IMG/VR virus record: IMGVR_UViG_3300021560_000023
Span: 1 to 51,194 of that record
Reading direction: 5' to 3' (one strand)
Origin: a virus
Lineage: Duplodnaviria; Caudoviricetes
Length of the DNA: 51,194 nucleotides
Made by a program: the position numbers and the translations under genes. Under the pieces are notes generated by a model, which was not told the origin of the DNA, made no database searches, and worked only from the letters and a program-made list of their open reading frames with translations. Below are positions 39,920 through 49,892 of the stretch, in pieces; within the stretch, counting starts at the first letter, position 1, and every line of letters begins with the position of its first letter.

Positions 39920-40441
39920 TCACCATCGGGTCTGCCACCCCACCATCCCACCTGCGTCCACTGGGAAGGCGTAGTGGGGCTCTGTCGAGCCCTCTGCGCC
40001 GCCGCTGTCCGGCTCGACTGCTCCGCCTGTGACGCACTCGCGGACTGCTTCCACGAGGTCGCCTATCAGCCCGGACTTGCCGTCAGGACCCCAGAAGAGT
40101 TCTCTGTACTGGTCATACGCGGAGCGGCTGGACTGCACCTGCTCCGGGAAGTAGCTCAACTCCACCAACATCGCCGCGAGCAGGGCGACAGTGGTCGCCG
40201 CCTGCGTCATGATGTCGGCCGCGGAGGAGCAGGTCAGGACCTCCGGCGTCAGCGGACCCGTCTGGCCCAGGATGGTCGCCTGCGCCATGGCCAGCAGCCG
40301 CTCGACCTCGCCCAGAGTCGGGCGAGTGTCATCCGTCCACTCGCCCAACTCCTTGTCAGTGCTGTCCTGGGTGCGAGCCCGGAGAAGGACAGCTACATCG
40401 TCCGGCGTTGCCGGCCAGGTGACGGTGGGCGTGGTGCTCAC
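39920..40441 (-). CDS. Head-to-tail adaptor
   Basis: TPDDVA.LLRART..TRPT..V; ELSYFPEQ; position. Confidence 0.75.
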   Translation of the reverse strand: MSTTPTVTWPATPDDVAVLLRARTQDSTDKELGEWTDDTRPTLGEVERLLAMAQATILGQTGPLTPEVLTCSSAADIMTQAATTVALLAAMLVELSYFPEQVQSSRSAYDQYRELFWGPDGKSGLIGDLVEAVRECVTGGAVEPDSGGAEGSTEPHYAFPVDAGGMVGWQTRW

Positions 40442-40881
40442 TCGTCCTCCTCGTCCGCCTCGCCCTCGTGGATGATCCGGTTGAGGTCGTGCGACACCCC
40501 CTTGCGAGGCTGTCCGCCGGTCGCCTCCTCCTCCGCGGCCAGCAACAACTCCGCCTTCTCAGGGTCATCCTCCGCCGCCTCGACCACGACCCTGATGCTG
40601 GGGTGTTCGCGCCTGATCCAGTTGACCAGGGCGGTGTGGTCGGAGAAGTCGAGCCCGCCGGTGTCCTCCTCGACCTCCGCCGGGCTCGCCTGCTCGACTG
40701 CAAACGACCGTGCCCGCTCGCCCCGCTCAACGTCCTCGTCTCGCGGGATGTCCACGGTGTCCCCGCGGAGGGCATGCCTGACGGACAGGATGTCCTCCTC
40801 TGTACCGTCCCGCCGGAGCCGCACGCGGCCGGTCGGGACAAAGTACATGAACTGCGCTGCGCGGATCGTTCGGGTGGCCAT
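40438..40881 (-). CDS. Head-associated hypothetical protein
   Basis: Immediately after capsid gene; LLAAEE.ATGGQPRKGV. Confidence 0.65.
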   Translation of the reverse strand: MATRTIRAAQFMYFVPTGRVRLRRDGTEEDILSVRHALRGDTVDIPRDEDVERGERARSFAVEQASPAEVEEDTGGLDFSDHTALVNWIRREHPSIRVVVEAAEDDPEKAELLLAAEEEATGGQPRKGVSHDLNRIIHEGEADEEDE

Positions 40882-40886
40882 GGCTG

Positions 40887-41852
40887 CTACGCTGTCCCGG
40901 CCAGCCCGGTGAACCGCAGGATCGCGAACTTGTTGTCCACGAACCAGAGCGGGCGAACAGAGGACTGAACCCACGTGCGCTCTGTCTTCTGCTCGCGCCA
41001 CGTCTCCGTTCCCAGTGGCTTCTCGATGCGCATCTGGCCCACCTGTCGCTCCGCCACCGCGAGAGCCTCACCAGCAGGCTGACGTGGGGTGGAGTAGATG
41101 GACGGGATGTTGGGCCCAACGACCTGGGCACCGTAGATGGCGGTGAGGGCCAGAGCCTCCTGCGGATTGACGATCCACAGGTTGTACTCAATGCCCATCT
41201 CCTCCGTCTCCGCCTGCATCTGCGCCCGCCCAAAGTCATAGGCGGGTGACAGCTGCGGCGTGTCCGTCTCCGGGTTGTAGCTCGACCAGTCGTTGCCGAC
41301 CACGTCACGAGAGCCGTCCGCGATGGCCGCGTTGACCTCCGCGATGGCCCTCTGGTTGAGCTTCCGGGTGACCGTGTTCGCCAGCTGACGCATCAGCTTG
41401 GTGAACCCGGCCGTGTCGTTACGGTCGCGAGCCTCGTCCGTCACGAACGTCTTGCCGCCCCACTTCTCGACCTCTGCGACCTTGGGGGCCAGACGCTCAC
41501 TCGTGACCAGCGGGAACTCCGCCGCCGGGCTGACCTGCTCGATGTCGCGGTTGAGATACATCTCATTCTCTTGCGCTTCATCGTACACCACGGCTCCGCC
41601 GGTGACGCCGCCGCCGGATGCGAACAGCCGGTCAGCCACGAACCGCTCTTGGGTCAGGTCCATGATCATCCGTGTGACCCGGGTCGGCTGCTGGAGCATG
41701 GTGTCCACCGTGATCGAGGTCCCGACTGTCGTGGGAGGACCCAGCGGGTGGGTGGTGGGGGACGGGTAGCGGGTCACCGCAGCGTGAACGCGACCTTGAC
41801 ACGCGATGATCCCGTGCCGCTCGACACTTCTCTTGTATGCGCTTGTGTTCAT
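40887..41852 (-). CDS. Major capsid protein
   Basis: ERFVADRLF..GGAVVY..EFP..KWGG...TDEA; size and position. Confidence 0.88.
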   Translation of the reverse strand: MNTSAYKRSVERHGIIACQGRVHAAVTRYPSPTTHPLGPPTTVGTSITVDTMLQQPTRVTRMIMDLTQERFVADRLFASGGGVTGGAVVYDEAQENEMYLNRDIEQVSPAAEFPLVTSERLAPKVAEVEKWGGKTFVTDEARDRNDTAGFTKLMRQLANTVTRKLNQRAIAEVNAAIADGSRDVVGNDWSSYNPETDTPQLSPAYDFGRAQMQAETEEMGIEYNLWIVNPQEALALTAIYGAQVVGPNIPSIYSTPRQPAGEALAVAERQVGQMRIEKPLGTETWREQKTERTWVQSSVRPLWFVDNKFAILRFTGLAGTA

Positions 41853-41866
41853 TCTCTCACCCCCTC

Positions 41867-42292
41867 TCAGAACAACTTGACGATGGCGTCTTCACCTGCT
41901 GCGGCGTCCGCGAGGGCGAGCCCCCTCGCAGTCGTGCGGTCCGCCACGACCGCTGCTTGACCGTTGGCCCCGACACCGACCAACGCACCGGCCGTGATGG
42001 CCGCTGACGCCGTGACCGGGACCGTGAACCCGCCGCAGAGGACAGTGGTGGTCTTGCCGTCATCCGCGTCATGCTCCGCGACACCCAGCGTGGCCGGGTC
42101 ATCCGCTCCCGCCGGAGCGATGAGGACGTTGCCGCCGGTCGCACCCGGGTCCAGTCCCCTGCTCCCCGGGTCCTTGGCCGCCGCGACCTTCACGAACGTC
42201 TTGCCAACGACCCTGGCCCCGTCCGCACGTCCCGTGATCCGTGAGCTTGGCTCATAGTACGGGACGCAGAGGTTGTCCGTGTTGTTGGCCAT
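41867..42292 (-). CDS. Capsid decoration/cement protein (DUF2190-like)
   Basis: LGVA..DA..G..V.ASAAITAG..V.VGANGQA..GLALADA. Confidence 0.8.
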   Translation of the reverse strand: MANNTDNLCVPYYEPSSRITGRADGARVVGKTFVKVAAAKDPGSRGLDPGATGGNVLIAPAGADDPATLGVAEHDADDGKTTTVLCGGFTVPVTASAAITAGALVGVGANGQAAVVADRTTARGLALADAAAGEDAIVKLF

Positions 42293-43872
42293 CAGTTACC
42301 ACCTCCTCTCTGAACCTCCGGCAGCCACTCCGCCGGGTACGCCTCGATGGTTGTGTCCTCCAGCGGGCTCTCCATGCCCTTGGCCGCCACCGGGACGAGT
42401 CCCTTGGCGAGCCCGCCCTTGTCCTCCGCAGCCGTGAGCAACGTCCTTGCGCCCTCCGGGTCCTGCTCCAGCATGTTCAGCCAGTGCGGCCGTCGAGAGG
42501 GCGGGATGCGACCCTCACCAATGGCCGCGGTGAGGATGCGCTCCCGGTCCTCCGCCGTCTGACGGGCGAATGCCTGCGCTCCCTGTTCCGCTGCCCGGCG
42601 TGTCGTCTCCCACGTCGAGCGGTCCACCGTGACTGTCCCGGACGCCGCCGCCGCGGGCTCCACCGCTCCGGCGTCACCCTCTGTGGGCTCCGGGACCTCC
42701 TCCGGCTCCGCGGTGGCCGGGTCTGTAGGACCGCCTGGGGCTGTGTTGTCCCGGGCTCCCGGCTGGTTAGATGCGCTCGTGCCCGGCTGTTCCGCCGCCG
42801 GAGCCCGCTCGCCCTGCTCGCCCGACTCGTGACCGGGCGGAGTGATGATGCCGGCAGACGCCAGAGCCGTCCGGACCTCCTCGTCACTCGCGTCCTCCGC
42901 GAGCCCAAGTGAGTTCCGGAGGGCAACTGGGTCCACTTCAGTGGTCACACCCACTGTTCGTCCCTCCTGTTCGGGGCGACTGTCCGCCCGGTTTGCGTAC
43001 ACAGCGATGGATCGCCCCTTGGGAAGTTCCGGGACCACCCACGCTGCTCCTGCTGCCTGCTTGTCCGGCTGCTGCCCAGCAGGCTTGTCCTTGTACACGA
43101 TCTTGACCGCGATGGGGTCAGAGAAGTTGACTTCATCGCCCTTGGTTGTGAACGGCACCCGGTACAAGGAGCCGGAGTCCTCGTCCTCAACGATCAACTC
43201 GTTGGGGTCAACGAACATCGACCTGATCCACCACCAGAAGTTCTCCTGGGGCAGCTGGTCATAGTACTGACGCCGGATGTCCTCCGCGTCCACTTGTGCG
43301 CGGACCGCTGCTCCCCGCGCAGGGCGAGTCATAGCCTCGACCTCCTCCTTGGTTGTCAGGACGGAGATGTTGTCAGGTCCGTCCTCGCTGTACAGAGCCT
43401 GGATGTCCTCAAGAGTCCCCACACCGGGCCAGACCACCCCCAACAGGGCGAGGTCGGTCAGCACCATCCGCCAGTGGTGGCCGGTGTTCGTGTCCACGCC
43501 AATCGCCGCCTCGATGGAGCGGGCGGGATACGCGGAAGGCAGGACCTCCGCGAGCCAGGAGGGGACACCGATGTAGTCACCGACCACAAGGTGCCCCTCC
43601 TGCTCCAGACGGAGATTGCCCACGGTCCCGATGGCAGGCTGCCCGTCCGCGAGCAGCCCAAGGTTGGCGGTGTGCCCCAGCTTGAGCCGCGGAGCCTTGA
43701 TGGCCGGGTCCCCCTGGCTCTCCACGATGTCGCTCAGGTCCTCTGTCGTGAACGTCTTGGGTCCAGTGCTGAGCGGGTACTCGATGCCCGTCTGGACCAG
43801 TTCAACGTCCTTGATCGTCACCGTGTTGGGGGTGGCGAGAGCGACCGCCTGGATGTTGACGCTGGGCGTCAC
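42292..43872 (-). CDS. Prohead protease-scaffold fusion
   Basis: LKLGH, YPARSIE, LTDLALLGVVWPGV; C-terminal AAIGEGRIPPSRR scaffold. Confidence 0.85.
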   Translation of the reverse strand: MTPSVNIQAVALATPNTVTIKDVELVQTGIEYPLSTGPKTFTTEDLSDIVESQGDPAIKAPRLKLGHTANLGLLADGQPAIGTVGNLRLEQEGHLVVGDYIGVPSWLAEVLPSAYPARSIEAAIGVDTNTGHHWRMVLTDLALLGVVWPGVGTLEDIQALYSEDGPDNISVLTTKEEVEAMTRPARGAAVRAQVDAEDIRRQYYDQLPQENFWWWIRSMFVDPNELIVEDEDSGSLYRVPFTTKGDEVNFSDPIAVKIVYKDKPAGQQPDKQAAGAAWVVPELPKGRSIAVYANRADSRPEQEGRTVGVTTEVDPVALRNSLGLAEDASDEEVRTALASAGIITPPGHESGEQGERAPAAEQPGTSASNQPGARDNTAPGGPTDPATAEPEEVPEPTEGDAGAVEPAAAASGTVTVDRSTWETTRRAAEQGAQAFARQTAEDRERILTAAIGEGRIPPSRRPHWLNMLEQDPEGARTLLTAAEDKGGLAKGLVPVAAKGMESPLEDTTIEAYPAEWLPEVQRGGGN

Positions 43873-43874
43873 TG

Positions 43875-44303
43875 CTACCCCAGGAGAGCCCTCGTGTTGA
43901 AGATGGCCGCGGAGTCCCGCCTGATCTTCTCCCGGCGTCCGGCCGGAGTGTTGATCAACACGGCGTACGGGTCCCACACCGGTATCTCGCCAGCGAACAC
44001 GTCCACGCTGACCTCGCAGGTGCCGTTGAAGCAGTTGATGTCGTGAGGACCGGCCGCGAGCGGTCCCATCGTGCACTGCCACTCCCCGGCGTTGGCCCCT
44101 GAGGGAGCCGTGGTCTGGGCCATCGCGATCACATCTGTGTCGTCCACCTTGCAGTACGGCTGCTCAAAGGAGCCGCACGTGACCTGGAAGGTCGAATCAC
44201 CTGCGCTGATCGCGGGCTCGACCACCATTGAGATTGCGCCCTCACACCCCTTGATCGGGCCAAGGACTTCTTCCGGCGCAGTTCGGACTTCTGGGGTTCC
44301 CAT
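43875..44303 (-). CDS. Hypothetical Cys-containing beta-rich protein
   Basis: TGATG coupling to the portal stop. Confidence 0.65.
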   Translation of the reverse strand: MGTPEVRTAPEEVLGPIKGCEGAISMVVEPAISAGDSTFQVTCGSFEQPYCKVDDTDVIAMAQTTAPSGANAGEWQCTMGPLAAGPHDINCFNGTCEVSVDVFAGEIPVWDPYAVLINTPAGRREKIRRDSAAIFNTRALLG

Positions 44304-46507
44304 CAATAGCTCCTCTCGCCTTCATAGACAGCCACAACAGTTCCGCGGCACCGTCCACCGCCCTCGCAGTCGATGTACCCGCCGCCCGCGTACAGGGCAA
44401 AGGCGTCCTCCTGGGATAGCTCCGTCCCGTCGATGTCCATACACGCGCCACAGGTGTTGGAGTCGAGGAGTTCGCTGGCGTACATGGTGATCACGTTGCC
44501 ATCGTCCTCCGCGTCCCCGAACACCTCAGCCCGGGACTCGTTGACTGCCTCGTTGATCATCCCCTTGATCTGGTCGCTGGCGAACATGTCCTGGCGGGCG
44601 AGGATGTCGTTGTAGACCTTCTCCGCGAGGTCATCGAGGTTGGGGAAGGACGCCTTGACCTTGGCGGTGAGCCGCTGCGCGTTCCCGGTGAGGGTCGCCC
44701 GGAGGGAGGACACCTGATCCGCCGCCATGACCCGCCCCTTGTCGCCCGCGATCAGGTGTTTGGCCCCGCCGTACTCGACTGCCTTGAGGAGCCCCTGCTT
44801 GACCAGCTCATCGCGAGCCTGGCCGGTCGCCACGCGAGCAGTCTCCGCGATCACCTTCATGAACGCCTCCTCAGCAGCCGCCGCGGACTCCGCCGTGGCT
44901 GCTCCCGCCTCCTCCATCGCCGCCGCTGCTCGCTCCGCCGCGTCCGCCCCTGCTTGGGCGACAGTCGCGACCACGTTGTCTGCGGTCGCTCCCTTGATCG
45001 CGGTCCGGATGTCCCCCAGCAACACCGCCCGCTCCGCGTTCCACGCCGCCTCAGCGGAGACGCCGCCCGCCTCTGCGGTGGCATCGAGAGCCTCAAAGTC
45101 CACACCGGCCGCTATCTCGTGGGGATAGGGCTGACGGCGGAGCGTACGCATGGGGAGACGTGGCGGAGGCATGGCGCTAGTGGAGACGCTGGGGTCCGCT
45201 TCAGCCCGTACCGGGCGAGCGGGTTGCGCAGCCGCGCTGTGCGCGTGCGCTGCACGTCGAATGTGCCCCGCTCGCCCGGCGGAGGTCGGTGGGGGCGCAG
45301 TGACCTCCGGGGGCAGTTGCGCACCGGCAAAGTCGGCCATGGTGGGAGCCTGCGAGATGTAGCCCAGCGTGGGAGTCTGCTCCGCCGTGGGGTCCACGTT
45401 CCAGTTCCACCAGTCCTCGATGACGTACTGGACGGTCACCGCAACCACCCAGTCCGCGATGTACACCTGTTGCTCCTTGAACCAGTCGATGAACTCCTGG
45501 CCCAGAGCCCGGGAGCCGGTAGCCGTCTGGCCCAGCTGCATGAACATCATCAGCATGGAGCGGGCCATCTCCTCATTCTGGAACCTGATCGAGCCGATGG
45601 TGTCGGGCATCGAGCCCTCTGTACCCACGAGCCGGAGCCGGGTCTGGTACGGGACCGCCCCGCCTCCTCGCTCGCCCGCCTTGTACTCCTGGGCCATGTG
45701 GTCGAGGTCCGCGATGTCTGCTCGTGTCGCACCCGGCGGAGCCTCGATGATCGGCATCCCGACTCCGTTGCGCTCATGCTTGATGGCGTCCACCCGCAGC
45801 AGCCGGTCCTTGACCAGCCAGTTCCGGTACATCGGCCGGTAGATGGACCGGCCCACCCAGTTGCCCGGCTCCTGGTCCCAGACGTACGCCACGAGCCGGT
45901 CCACCGGTATCTCCGGCGGAGCCTTGCCCACCTGGCCGAACCCCTGGACGATGGAGACGAGCCCGCCGTCAGGAGCCACCCTGATCTGCGTGATCGTCCG
46001 CGGGTGGCGCGGTCCCAGCTTCTTGAGCCGCCAGACCTGGGAGCCGCCCGGCCCATCGTTGGTGATGTCGCCCACCTGCTCAAAGTAGTAGTGGCCATAG
46101 ATCATCGCCCGGAGCAGGGTGCCCAGGTGACGGTACCAGCCGAACCGCCCCTGGGACCGGAACCCCGCTGACTTGGACCCGGCAGCGAGGGACTCACGAC
46201 AAGCCTCCTCCCCCACTACCAGGTTCAAGTCATTGGCGAGGAGTTCGGTGTAGAACGGGTCGCACTCATTGGGGTCGATGTACCAGCCATAGCGCATCAG
46301 CGCAGCGGTTGCGCCCAAGTACAGACCTTGGCACTGGGCGTCATTCCGCATCTGGTCATACCACTCGATTGAGCGCGGCCACTGGAGGTCGGGAGCCTTC
46401 TCGACATCGTCCATGAACTGCGACCATGGGAGGGCTCCTGTCCAGGTGTACGCGGACGAGTTGGCCGTGCCGCGCTCAGTCGTGGGTGCGTTCCCGTTGA
46501 CCGACAT
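44303..46507 (-). CDS. Portal protein (DUF935-like) fused to a MuF-like minor head domain
   Basis: YDQMRNDAQ, YGHYYFEQV, GNWVGRS, ERNGVGMP, GSRALG; C-terminal LDSNTCGAC..DG..CEGGGRCRG. Confidence 0.88.
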   Translation of the reverse strand: MSVNGNAPTTERGTANSSAYTWTGALPWSQFMDDVEKAPDLQWPRSIEWYDQMRNDAQCQGLYLGATAALMRYGWYIDPNECDPFYTELLANDLNLVVGEEACRESLAAGSKSAGFRSQGRFGWYRHLGTLLRAMIYGHYYFEQVGDITNDGPGGSQVWRLKKLGPRHPRTITQIRVAPDGGLVSIVQGFGQVGKAPPEIPVDRLVAYVWDQEPGNWVGRSIYRPMYRNWLVKDRLLRVDAIKHERNGVGMPIIEAPPGATRADIADLDHMAQEYKAGERGGGAVPYQTRLRLVGTEGSMPDTIGSIRFQNEEMARSMLMMFMQLGQTATGSRALGQEFIDWFKEQQVYIADWVVAVTVQYVIEDWWNWNVDPTAEQTPTLGYISQAPTMADFAGAQLPPEVTAPPPTSAGRAGHIRRAAHAHSAAAQPARPVRAEADPSVSTSAMPPPRLPMRTLRRQPYPHEIAAGVDFEALDATAEAGGVSAEAAWNAERAVLLGDIRTAIKGATADNVVATVAQAGADAAERAAAAMEEAGAATAESAAAAEEAFMKVIAETARVATGQARDELVKQGLLKAVEYGGAKHLIAGDKGRVMAADQVSSLRATLTGNAQRLTAKVKASFPNLDDLAEKVYNDILARQDMFASDQIKGMINEAVNESRAEVFGDAEDDGNVITMYASELLDSNTCGACMDIDGTELSQEDAFALYAGGGYIDCEGGGRCRGTVVAVYEGERSY

Positions 46508-46511
46508 CGGG

Positions 46512-46682
46512 TCAGTCCTCGTCCTTGTCCTCGCCCTTGGCGTCCTCGTCCTCGCTGCCGGCGTCCTCGTCCGGCTCCGACAGCTTGCGCTCCTGCTCCA
46601 CCCGCTCCTTCTCCGGGTTGGTCTCCTCCTCCTCCTGCTCCTCCGCGGGCTCCTGGCCCTCCGGCTCCTTCTCTTCAGTCAC
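46512..46682 (-). CDS. Small highly acidic protein (56 aa, not in ORF track)
   Basis: AAGGAGG RBS plus GTG; MTEEKEPEGQEPAEEQEEEE...DKDED. Confidence 0.75.
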   Translation of the reverse strand: MTEEKEPEGQEPAEEQEEEETNPEKERVEQERKLSEPDEDAGSEDEDAKGEDKDED

Positions 46683-46711
46683 TGCGCCTCCTTGGGGTTG
46701 AAGGTTCTAGG

Positions 46712-47569
46712 TCACTTTGGGAGGTTGGTGAACCCGGCAATCTGCTTGCCAGCCTCGCCGCCGCTCCACGAGGTCTTGCCCTTGGACTGCCAGCAGTGAA
46801 CCGGCGTCCCGTCCTCGTACACAGCGAACAGCTCAAGGACTTCTGACGCGGTGAGGGTGGCGGAGAGCCCCGCGATGGTCTTGGGAGCCTTGGTGAACAC
46901 CTTCCCGTCGATCCAGTCCGTCTTGCCCTTCTGCTGGTACCTGTACCAGACCGTCTTGCCGTCAGTCCCGACCCACCACACGTGGGTGGTCCCGCCCGCG
47001 CTCACTGCTGATGTGATCATGTCTGCTCCTTCTCCAGTTGAGGGACCTCCTCCCGGGCTCTCGCCGCGGGCCATGTCCAGAACGTAGTCCATGGGGAACC
47101 CGGAGCCGCAGTCATGGTGGCCGCCGCCCCTGCTCCCCAGGTCCACGTGCTGACAGACGCCGCGGCCGGAGCCCTGCGCCTGACTCGCATTGAGCCGGGT
47201 GATCGGGATACCAAAGTGAGCCGCCTCCTCCGCGATCCACTTGGCGCAGTTGACCAGCATCTCGTGGTTGTTGTTCCGCCACTCCGACTCCGACCACGAG
47301 GCGAACCCGCACAGCTCATTGGACGTGGCGACCGGGTTGAACTCGCTCTGGGTCCAGGACTTGTTCGACCGCGAGACGTACTCGCCCACGGTGTTGGGCT
47401 TATTGTCGGTCCCGACCTGGGAGGAGGCTGACACATCGCCCTGGAAGAAGGAGCCCAGGGACTCGATGGTGCGGGCTCCCTCCGCCGTGTGGAGGACGAT
47501 CAGCCGGACGCTGGCCCCGCCGCGGCTGCTGTAGTTGGGCGATGGGATCCAGACCCGCTTGAGCGCCAT
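46712..47569 (-). CDS. Endolysin, N-acetylmuramoyl-L-alanine amidase (amidase_2)
   Basis: SPNYSSR, IVLHTAEG, NELCG, QHVDL..HHDCG.GFP; beta-rich C-terminal domain. Confidence 0.9.
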   Translation of the reverse strand: MALKRVWIPSPNYSSRGGASVRLIVLHTAEGARTIESLGSFFQGDVSASSQVGTDNKPNTVGEYVSRSNKSWTQSEFNPVATSNELCGFASWSESEWRNNNHEMLVNCAKWIAEEAAHFGIPITRLNASQAQGSGRGVCQHVDLGSRGGGHHDCGSGFPMDYVLDMARGESPGGGPSTGEGADMITSAVSAGGTTHVWWVGTDGKTVWYRYQQKGKTDWIDGKVFTKAPKTIAGLSATLTASEVLELFAVYEDGTPVHCWQSKGKTSWSGGEAGKQIAGFTNLPK

Positions 47570-47751
47570 CAGTCCTCCTCTCCGAACGGGCGACCACGCT
47601 TGCGCTCGATGTCGAGCCGCCGCGGGTCGCTGGGGTCAAGGTAGCGTGCGTCATCCTCGTCATCGAGGGGACCCATGTGCGGGTCAAACGGCTCGCGAGC
47701 GGGCTCCCGGTTCGGTCTCACCTGCTCGCGATCCTCACTTGATGCATCCAT
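47569..47751 (-). CDS. Hypothetical protein
   Basis: 60 aa, coupled to the endolysin. Confidence 0.55.
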   Translation of the reverse strand: MDASSEDREQVRPNREPAREPFDPHMGPLDDEDDARYLDPSDPRRLDIERKRGRPFGEED

Positions 47752-48130
47752 AGATGGTCACCTGTCCTCCAGGGTGGTTGATGATCACGTCCCCGGGGAC
47801 GAACCCCGCAGGACAGGACACGGACCCGCTTGGCCCTTGAGGTCCGGCCGGTCCAGCGGGTCCGGCGGGTCCCGTTTGGCCGGTGGGTCCCGCCGGTCCC
47901 GCGTCACCCTTGGCGCCAACGGCTCCGGCTGCTCCGGCGGGTCCGGCCGGTCCCGCGGGTCCGCGAGGACCGCGTGGCCCAGGCGTCCCGTTGTGGAGCG
48001 TGATCGTCACCGTCTTGACGGGCGGTGGCGGAGTCCCCGCCCCCAGCGCCACAGCTGCGAGGGCTCCCGCGGAACCCGCGAGGACGAGGGACCCGGCCAT
48101 GATCGCCCTAATGGTCTTCATGCTCGCCAT
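47735..48130 (-). CDS. Membrane-anchored/secreted collagen-like protein
   Basis: Hydrophobic N-terminus, long Gly-X-Y tract, C-terminal CPAGF...GC. Confidence 0.8.
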   Translation of the reverse strand: MASMKTIRAIMAGSLVLAGSAGALAAVALGAGTPPPPVKTVTITLHNGTPGPRGPRGPAGPAGPAGAAGAVGAKGDAGPAGPTGQTGPAGPAGPAGPQGPSGSVSCPAGFVPGDVIINHPGGQVTIYGCIK

Positions 48131-48269
48131 GCTTGAGCCCCTCCTTGTAGGCGTCCAGCCTGGCGTCGCACTGCTCGCTCTCGTGTTTGACGATCAACTT
48201 CCAAGCCTGTACGGAACCCGCCACGGCGGCAACGGCGGAGACAATCGCTGCGATCCACTCCCACCACAC
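48108..48269 (-). CDS. Small single-TM membrane protein (holin-like, 53 aa; not in ORF track)
   Basis: [53 protein letters not shown]. Confidence 0.6.
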   Translation of the reverse strand: MWWEWIAAIVSAVAAVAGSVQAWKLIVKHESEQCDARLDAYKEGLKHGEHEDH

Positions 48270-48374
48270 TCACCGGCCCATCCTGTCGATCAGGGTCCCA
48301 GTCGCGATGCCGACCAGCAGGGCGATCAAGCACCAGAGGACGAGGGCGAGGGCGATGACCGCAGCCAGGCACAC
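48270..48374 (-). CDS. Very small TM peptide (34 aa; not in ORF track)
   Basis: MCLAAVIALALVLWCLIALLVGIATGTLIDRMGR; high GC3. Confidence 0.45.
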   Translation of the reverse strand: MCLAAVIALALVLWCLIALLVGIATGTLIDRMGR

Positions 48375-48377
48375 AAG

Positions 48378-49892
48378 CTACCACTTGCGCTCCAGGAGGT
48401 CCGCGGTCAGGCTCGACTCGTCAACGCCGCGTGAGTCTGCTCGACCGGCCGGTGGGAGCCAGAACTCACGGCCACCACCACAAGTGGACTGCATCGCCGC
48501 GTCCGCCCGGTCCGGGGAGGGCAGCCCTCGCTTCTCCATGTCCTCCTTGGACTCGATGAGGATGCGGCCGTCAGAGCGGATGCGGTACTTGATCGACAGC
48601 AGCTGGCTGATCAGCTGATCGTCCTCGCCCTCCGGCGGGAGGTCATACAGCCCCTGCTCAAGTCCCTCGCGGAACGCCCACCACTGCTCCGCCCGGCGGT
48701 TGACGAACCGGACCTGGCTGTGGGCCGTGGTCGGTCGCTCGCTCGCCACGAATGGGATGACCGGGAACCCCTGCTCACGGAGCCTGTCGTACACCCCTCC
48801 GCCGATGCCTACCGTGTCGATGTGACTGGGGGCATAGCCGTATGTGGCGTTGAGAGCCTGCGCCATACGGCCACTCGTAACCATCGTGTCCTGCTTGAGC
48901 GCGGTCCACTCCAGCCGGATCATCCCCGCCCGGTTGCGGTAACACGCCGTCTCGTTGTTGCCTGTGCGCGCCACGTCGAGCCCGAACACGCCGGGCTCGC
49001 TGATCGCTGCTCCAGACAGGTCCTGCTCCTGAGCCTGCCTGATCCAGGACGGGTAGATCAGTGTCTCCTCGCTGACCTCCGGGAACTCCGCCAGCACCTT
49101 GGAGATGTACAGAGGCGAGCCCTCGCCCCAGGATCGCTTGCGCTCCTCGACCCACTCCGGGGACACCAGGCGGTCGAGGACATCCTGTGGACAGGACTCG
49201 CCAGTGAACGCGGGAGTGTCGAACGCACTGATGGTGATCACGCTCCAGCCGGAGCCCGGCCGACAGACCCGCTCAAACTCGCTGGAGGGATCGTCAGGGT
49301 TGCCGATGGCGAGGACCCGGTTGGTCCGGCTCGTCAGCAGCGTATCCACCGCGGTCCAGAGCCACTTGGGGACGCCGCCCGCCTCGTCCAGCAACACGAG
49401 GACGTACTTGGCGTGGATGCCCTGGAAGGCTGTCGCCGCCTCCTCCGCGTTGCGCAGGTCCTGAGGCTTGCGACCGTACGCAACCAAGGTCCCGTCCCAC
49501 TTCCACTCTGGCGTGTCGCCCTCCGTGATGTAGCCCGGGAGCCCCGCCTTGCGATGAGCGACCCGGATGTAGCGCCAGAGGATCGCCTTGACCTGGTTGG
49601 TCGAGGGAGCAGTGGTGACCACGAACACATCGTCAATCGGATGAGTGTCCAGCCACCAGGCGACTGCTCGCGAGGCGATGTGGGACTTGCCCGTGGCGTG
49701 GGCGGACTTGACGGCCGTCCGCCTGCTGTCGCGGATCGCGTCCATGATCTCCTCCTGGCGCGACCAGACGTGTTCACGGAGCCGGGTGCGCACCCACTCC
49801 GGTCCCTTGGCCGCCATCGGGTCCGGCTGCGGGTCGAGCCCGTCCGCGATGCGCGCCAGGAACCGCGTGGACTCCGGAGCGAACACGCTCAC
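48378..49892 (-). CDS. terL: Terminase large subunit
   Basis: WSRQ, SAHATGKS, VLLDEA, IGNP, GLDVAR, IDTVGIG, SPDRADA. Confidence 0.95.
   Translation of the reverse strand: MSVFAPESTRFLARIADGLDPQPDPMAAKGPEWVRTRLREHVWSRQEEIMDAIRDSRRTAVKSAHATGKSHIASRAVAWWLDTHPIDDVFVVTTAPSTNQVKAILWRYIRVAHRKAGLPGYITEGDTPEWKWDGTLVAYGRKPQDLRNAEEAATAFQGIHAKYVLVLLDEAGGVPKWLWTAVDTLLTSRTNRVLAIGNPDDPSSEFERVCRPGSGWSVITISAFDTPAFTGESCPQDVLDRLVSPEWVEERKRSWGEGSPLYISKVLAEFPEVSEETLIYPSWIRQAQEQDLSGAAISEPGVFGLDVARTGNNETACYRNRAGMIRLEWTALKQDTMVTSGRMAQALNATYGYAPSHIDTVGIGGGVYDRLREQGFPVIPFVASERPTTAHSQVRFVNRRAEQWWAFREGLEQGLYDLPPEGEDDQLISQLLSIKYRIRSDGRILIESKEDMEKRGLPSPDRADAAMQSTCGGGREFWLPPAGRADSRGVDESSLTADLLERKW

Noticed and set aside
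48108-49892. Stop-codon recoding (terL TAG and a TGA each followed by in-frame ORFs)
   Set aside because: All three stops end genes normally elsewhere; terL is already complete
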